Shown in pieces: positions 61,844 to 64,000 of a stretch of DNA of 64,000 nucleotides (position 1 is its first letter; each line of letters starts with the position of its first letter). The stretch lies in assembly GCA_963796105.1 (NCBI GenBank), contig CAWCKJ010000012.1, positions 64,001 through 128,000 on the forward strand, given 5' to 3'. The notes below the pieces were generated by a model that saw only the letters and a list, made by a program, of their open reading frames with translations, made no database searches and had not been told where the DNA came from. Origin of the DNA: a candidate division FCPU426 bacterium. GTDB taxonomy: Bacteria; Oederibacteriota; Muellerivitia; Muellerivitales; Muellerivitaceae. Made by a program: the position numbers and the translations under genes.

Positions 61844-62335
61844 TTAGAAATAATCTACCGGCAATGTCTCACGAGGTTCGGTATGCGGTACATATTTGGG
61901 CGTATCGCTTGCGTCCTTCCGGGCCTTATCAATATCAGCCTGGGAGAAATCCTTCTTTAGAAGGAATTCCTGCTTGGGATAAATCAAATCCGGATCCTTG
62001 ATCTGGTCGCGGTTCGCCTTGAAAATAAGGGGCCATTGGAAATTATCCTTATAGGCGATATCCATACCGGCGATTCCCCAAAGGGTATCTCCAGTCACAA
62101 CCATATACTTGGTTTCCGGGGTTGCCACCGGGGTTTCAGCTGCCACAGGCGGTGGAGCCGCTTCCGGAGCGGCAGGAGCAGCCATCTCCGCTGGCGGAGC
62201 TGGCGGAGCCGCTGTCTCATTAGATTGGGGCAGGGTGGGCACTTCAGTTCCCTCAATCCTCTTTTTTTGTGAGCATCCCAAGGCCAAAACCCCCGTCAAC
62301 ACAAACACTAACAATAGCGTTTGGATATTCTTCAT
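61844..62335 (-). CDS. LysM-domain lipoprotein
   Basis: Lipobox LALGC, A/P linker, YMVVTGDTLWGIA...IFKANRDQIKDPDLIYP. Confidence 0.9.
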   Translation of the reverse strand: MKNIQTLLLVFVLTGVLALGCSQKKRIEGTEVPTLPQSNETAAPPAPPAEMAAPAAPEAAPPPVAAETPVATPETKYMVVTGDTLWGIAGMDIAYKDNFQWPLIFKANRDQIKDPDLIYPKQEFLLKKDFSQADIDKARKDASDTPKYVPHTEPRETLPVDYF

Positions 62336-62572
62336 TTTTCTTTCCCTCCGATTTTGCTTACCAACGAATGGCATATTATCGAATGAACTATGTAGTTCGT
62401 CAAGTGCGGTCGGAATTACTCGAAGCTGATTTCAAGGGAAGAATTCACGTTTAACCCTAAAGGGGAGTTCTACAGGCAACGAGGAATAAGTAAACACCGG
62501 CTAAAACAAAAGTCTACGAGACACCGAATCTATAAATAACAGTTAGGTTGAATTGATTTTTACTTGAATAAC

Positions 62573-64000
62573 CTAGGATAAGTCTTCCAACTCGATCCTA
62601 ATCTTCAGTTCCTTCATCAATTCGTCTTCTATTACAGATGGAGAACCTGTCATCAGGTCCGTAGCCTTGGCGGTCTTTGGGAAGGCGATTACGTCGCGGA
62701 TATTCGGAGCGCCGGTCAAAAGCATGGCGATTCGATCCAATCCGACGGCCATTCCACCGTGGGGCGGAGCGCCATAAGTCAAAGCTTTAAGCAGAAAGCC
62801 AAAGCGTTCTTGCGCTTTTTCAGGCGTAATATCCAGCAGGCTGAAAATTTTTGATTGCAGTGCGGAATCGTGGATACGGATGGTACCGCTTCCCAGTTCA
62901 AAACCGTTTAAAACCATATCATAGGCTCGACCCGTAACCTGGGTGGGATCGGTATTCAGGAGGGATAAATCCTGTTCTCGAGGCGCCGTAAAGGGATGGT
63001 TCATAGAATAAAGCCTACCCTTCTCATCCTTCCCAAACATTGGAAAATCAGTCACCCAAAAGAACGCCCACTTGGGCCCCTTCTCTATCAATCCTTTTCT
63101 TCTTGCGATTTCCACCCTGAGGGCTCCCAATGACTCATTCACAATTGTGGGTTGGTCGGCCCCGAACAATAGAAGATCTCCCTCCTCACCTTTCAATACC
63201 GTCAACATTTCCTTTTGAACGGCGTCATTGAAATACTTGTTGATATTGGAATCAAGTTTGCCGTCTTTCACCTTGAACCAAGCCATCCCCTTGGCCCCGT
63301 ATTTACCTACAAAAGCGGTGAGATCGTCCAGGTCTTTACGGGAGAAATCCGCGCAGCCCTTGGCGTTCAGGGCCTTCACGATATCACCCCGGGCGATAAC
63401 TTCCTTGAAAACCTTGAAATCAGACTTGGCCACGATGGAGCTGACACTTACCAAGGGCAGGTCGAATCTTAGGTCGGGCTTGTCGTTTCCATAGCGCTCA
63501 ACCGCCTCTTTATAAGTCAAACGAGGAAAAGGAGTTTTTAAATCTTCGCCTAGAGCGCCCCTGAAAATAGCCTTCATAAGCCCTTCCCCTATCCGGTAGA
63601 TGTCTTCCTCGTCAATGAACGACATTTCCCAGTCGATCTGGGTGAACTCAGGTTGGCGGTCAGCCCGAAGATCCTCATCCCGGAAACATTTGGCGATTTG
63701 GAAATACTTATCCAACCCCGCGATCATGCAGGTCTGCTTCAATTGCTGGGGACTTTGGGGCAGGACAAAGAATTTGCCGGGGTTGACCCGGCTCGGCACC
63801 ACATATTCCCGGGAACCCTCCGGCGTGTTCTTAATGAGGATCGGCGTCTCGATTTCAAGAAAACCCTCACCGCTCATGTAATTGCGGGCGGACATGGCCA
63901 TTTTGTGGCGGGCGATCAGCTTTTCCTTCATGTACTCACGGCGAAGGTCGAGATATCTATATTCCATACGTGTTTCCTCAGCCACATCCACATCTTCCTC
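62573..64000 (-). CDS. aspS: Aspartate--tRNA ligase; 5' end outside the window
   Basis: YRYLDLRR, LPQSPQ, FRDEDLRADRQPEFTQ, HPFT, GAPPHGG, IAFPK. Confidence 0.98.
   Translation of the reverse strand, partial: EEDVDVAEETRMEYRYLDLRREYMKEKLIARHKMAMSARNYMSGEGFLEIETPILIKNTPEGSREYVVPSRVNPGKFFVLPQSPQQLKQTCMIAGLDKYFQIAKCFRDEDLRADRQPEFTQIDWEMSFIDEEDIYRIGEGLMKAIFRGALGEDLKTPFPRLTYKEAVERYGNDKPDLRFDLPLVSVSSIVAKSDFKVFKEVIARGDIVKALNAKGCADFSRKDLDDLTAFVGKYGAKGMAWFKVKDGKLDSNINKYFNDAVQKEMLTVLKGEEGDLLLFGADQPTIVNESLGALRVEIARRKGLIEKGPKWAFFWVTDFPMFGKDEKGRLYSMNHPFTAPREQDLSLLNTDPTQVTGRAYDMVLNGFELGSGTIRIHDSALQSKIFSLLDITPEKAQERFGFLLKALTYGAPPHGGMAVGLDRIAMLLTGAPNIRDVIAFPKTAKATDLMTGSPSVIEDELMKELKIRIELEDLS

Overview
Bacterial chromosomal window, mostly minus-strand genes, probably from a diderm and poorly characterised lineage (inferred from PorV/PorQ-like barrels, T9SS-like C-terminal domains and Thr/Pro-rich lipoproteins; lineage not established). 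Housekeeping blocks: start of the dcw cluster (mraZ, two STAS genes, rsmH, ftsL, ftsI), glpK, pfkA, an lsrF/Zn-dehydrogenase operon, queE-queC, pyrR-pyrB-pyrC-carA-carB with a PyrR attenuator, a TetR-TolC-HlyD-ABC efflux operon, and aspS, LysM, phoH-ybeY-corC-PHP-era-pyk. The accessory region (about 16-35.4 kb) holds two divergent copies of one four-part module: ECF sigma factor, membrane anti-sigma ending in a FlgD-Ig/CTD-like domain, a secreted protein with a T9SS-type CTD, and a PorV-like barrel fused to TPRs. This is the best candidate for an undescribed system. The region also contains a 37-copy 22-bp tandem array, a multi-CBM glycoside hydrolase, and an IS1595 element whose end rebuilds the start codon of the gene it interrupts. 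Three genes carry single-base frameshifts that may be sequencing errors. No rRNA, tRNA or CRISPR array was recognised.
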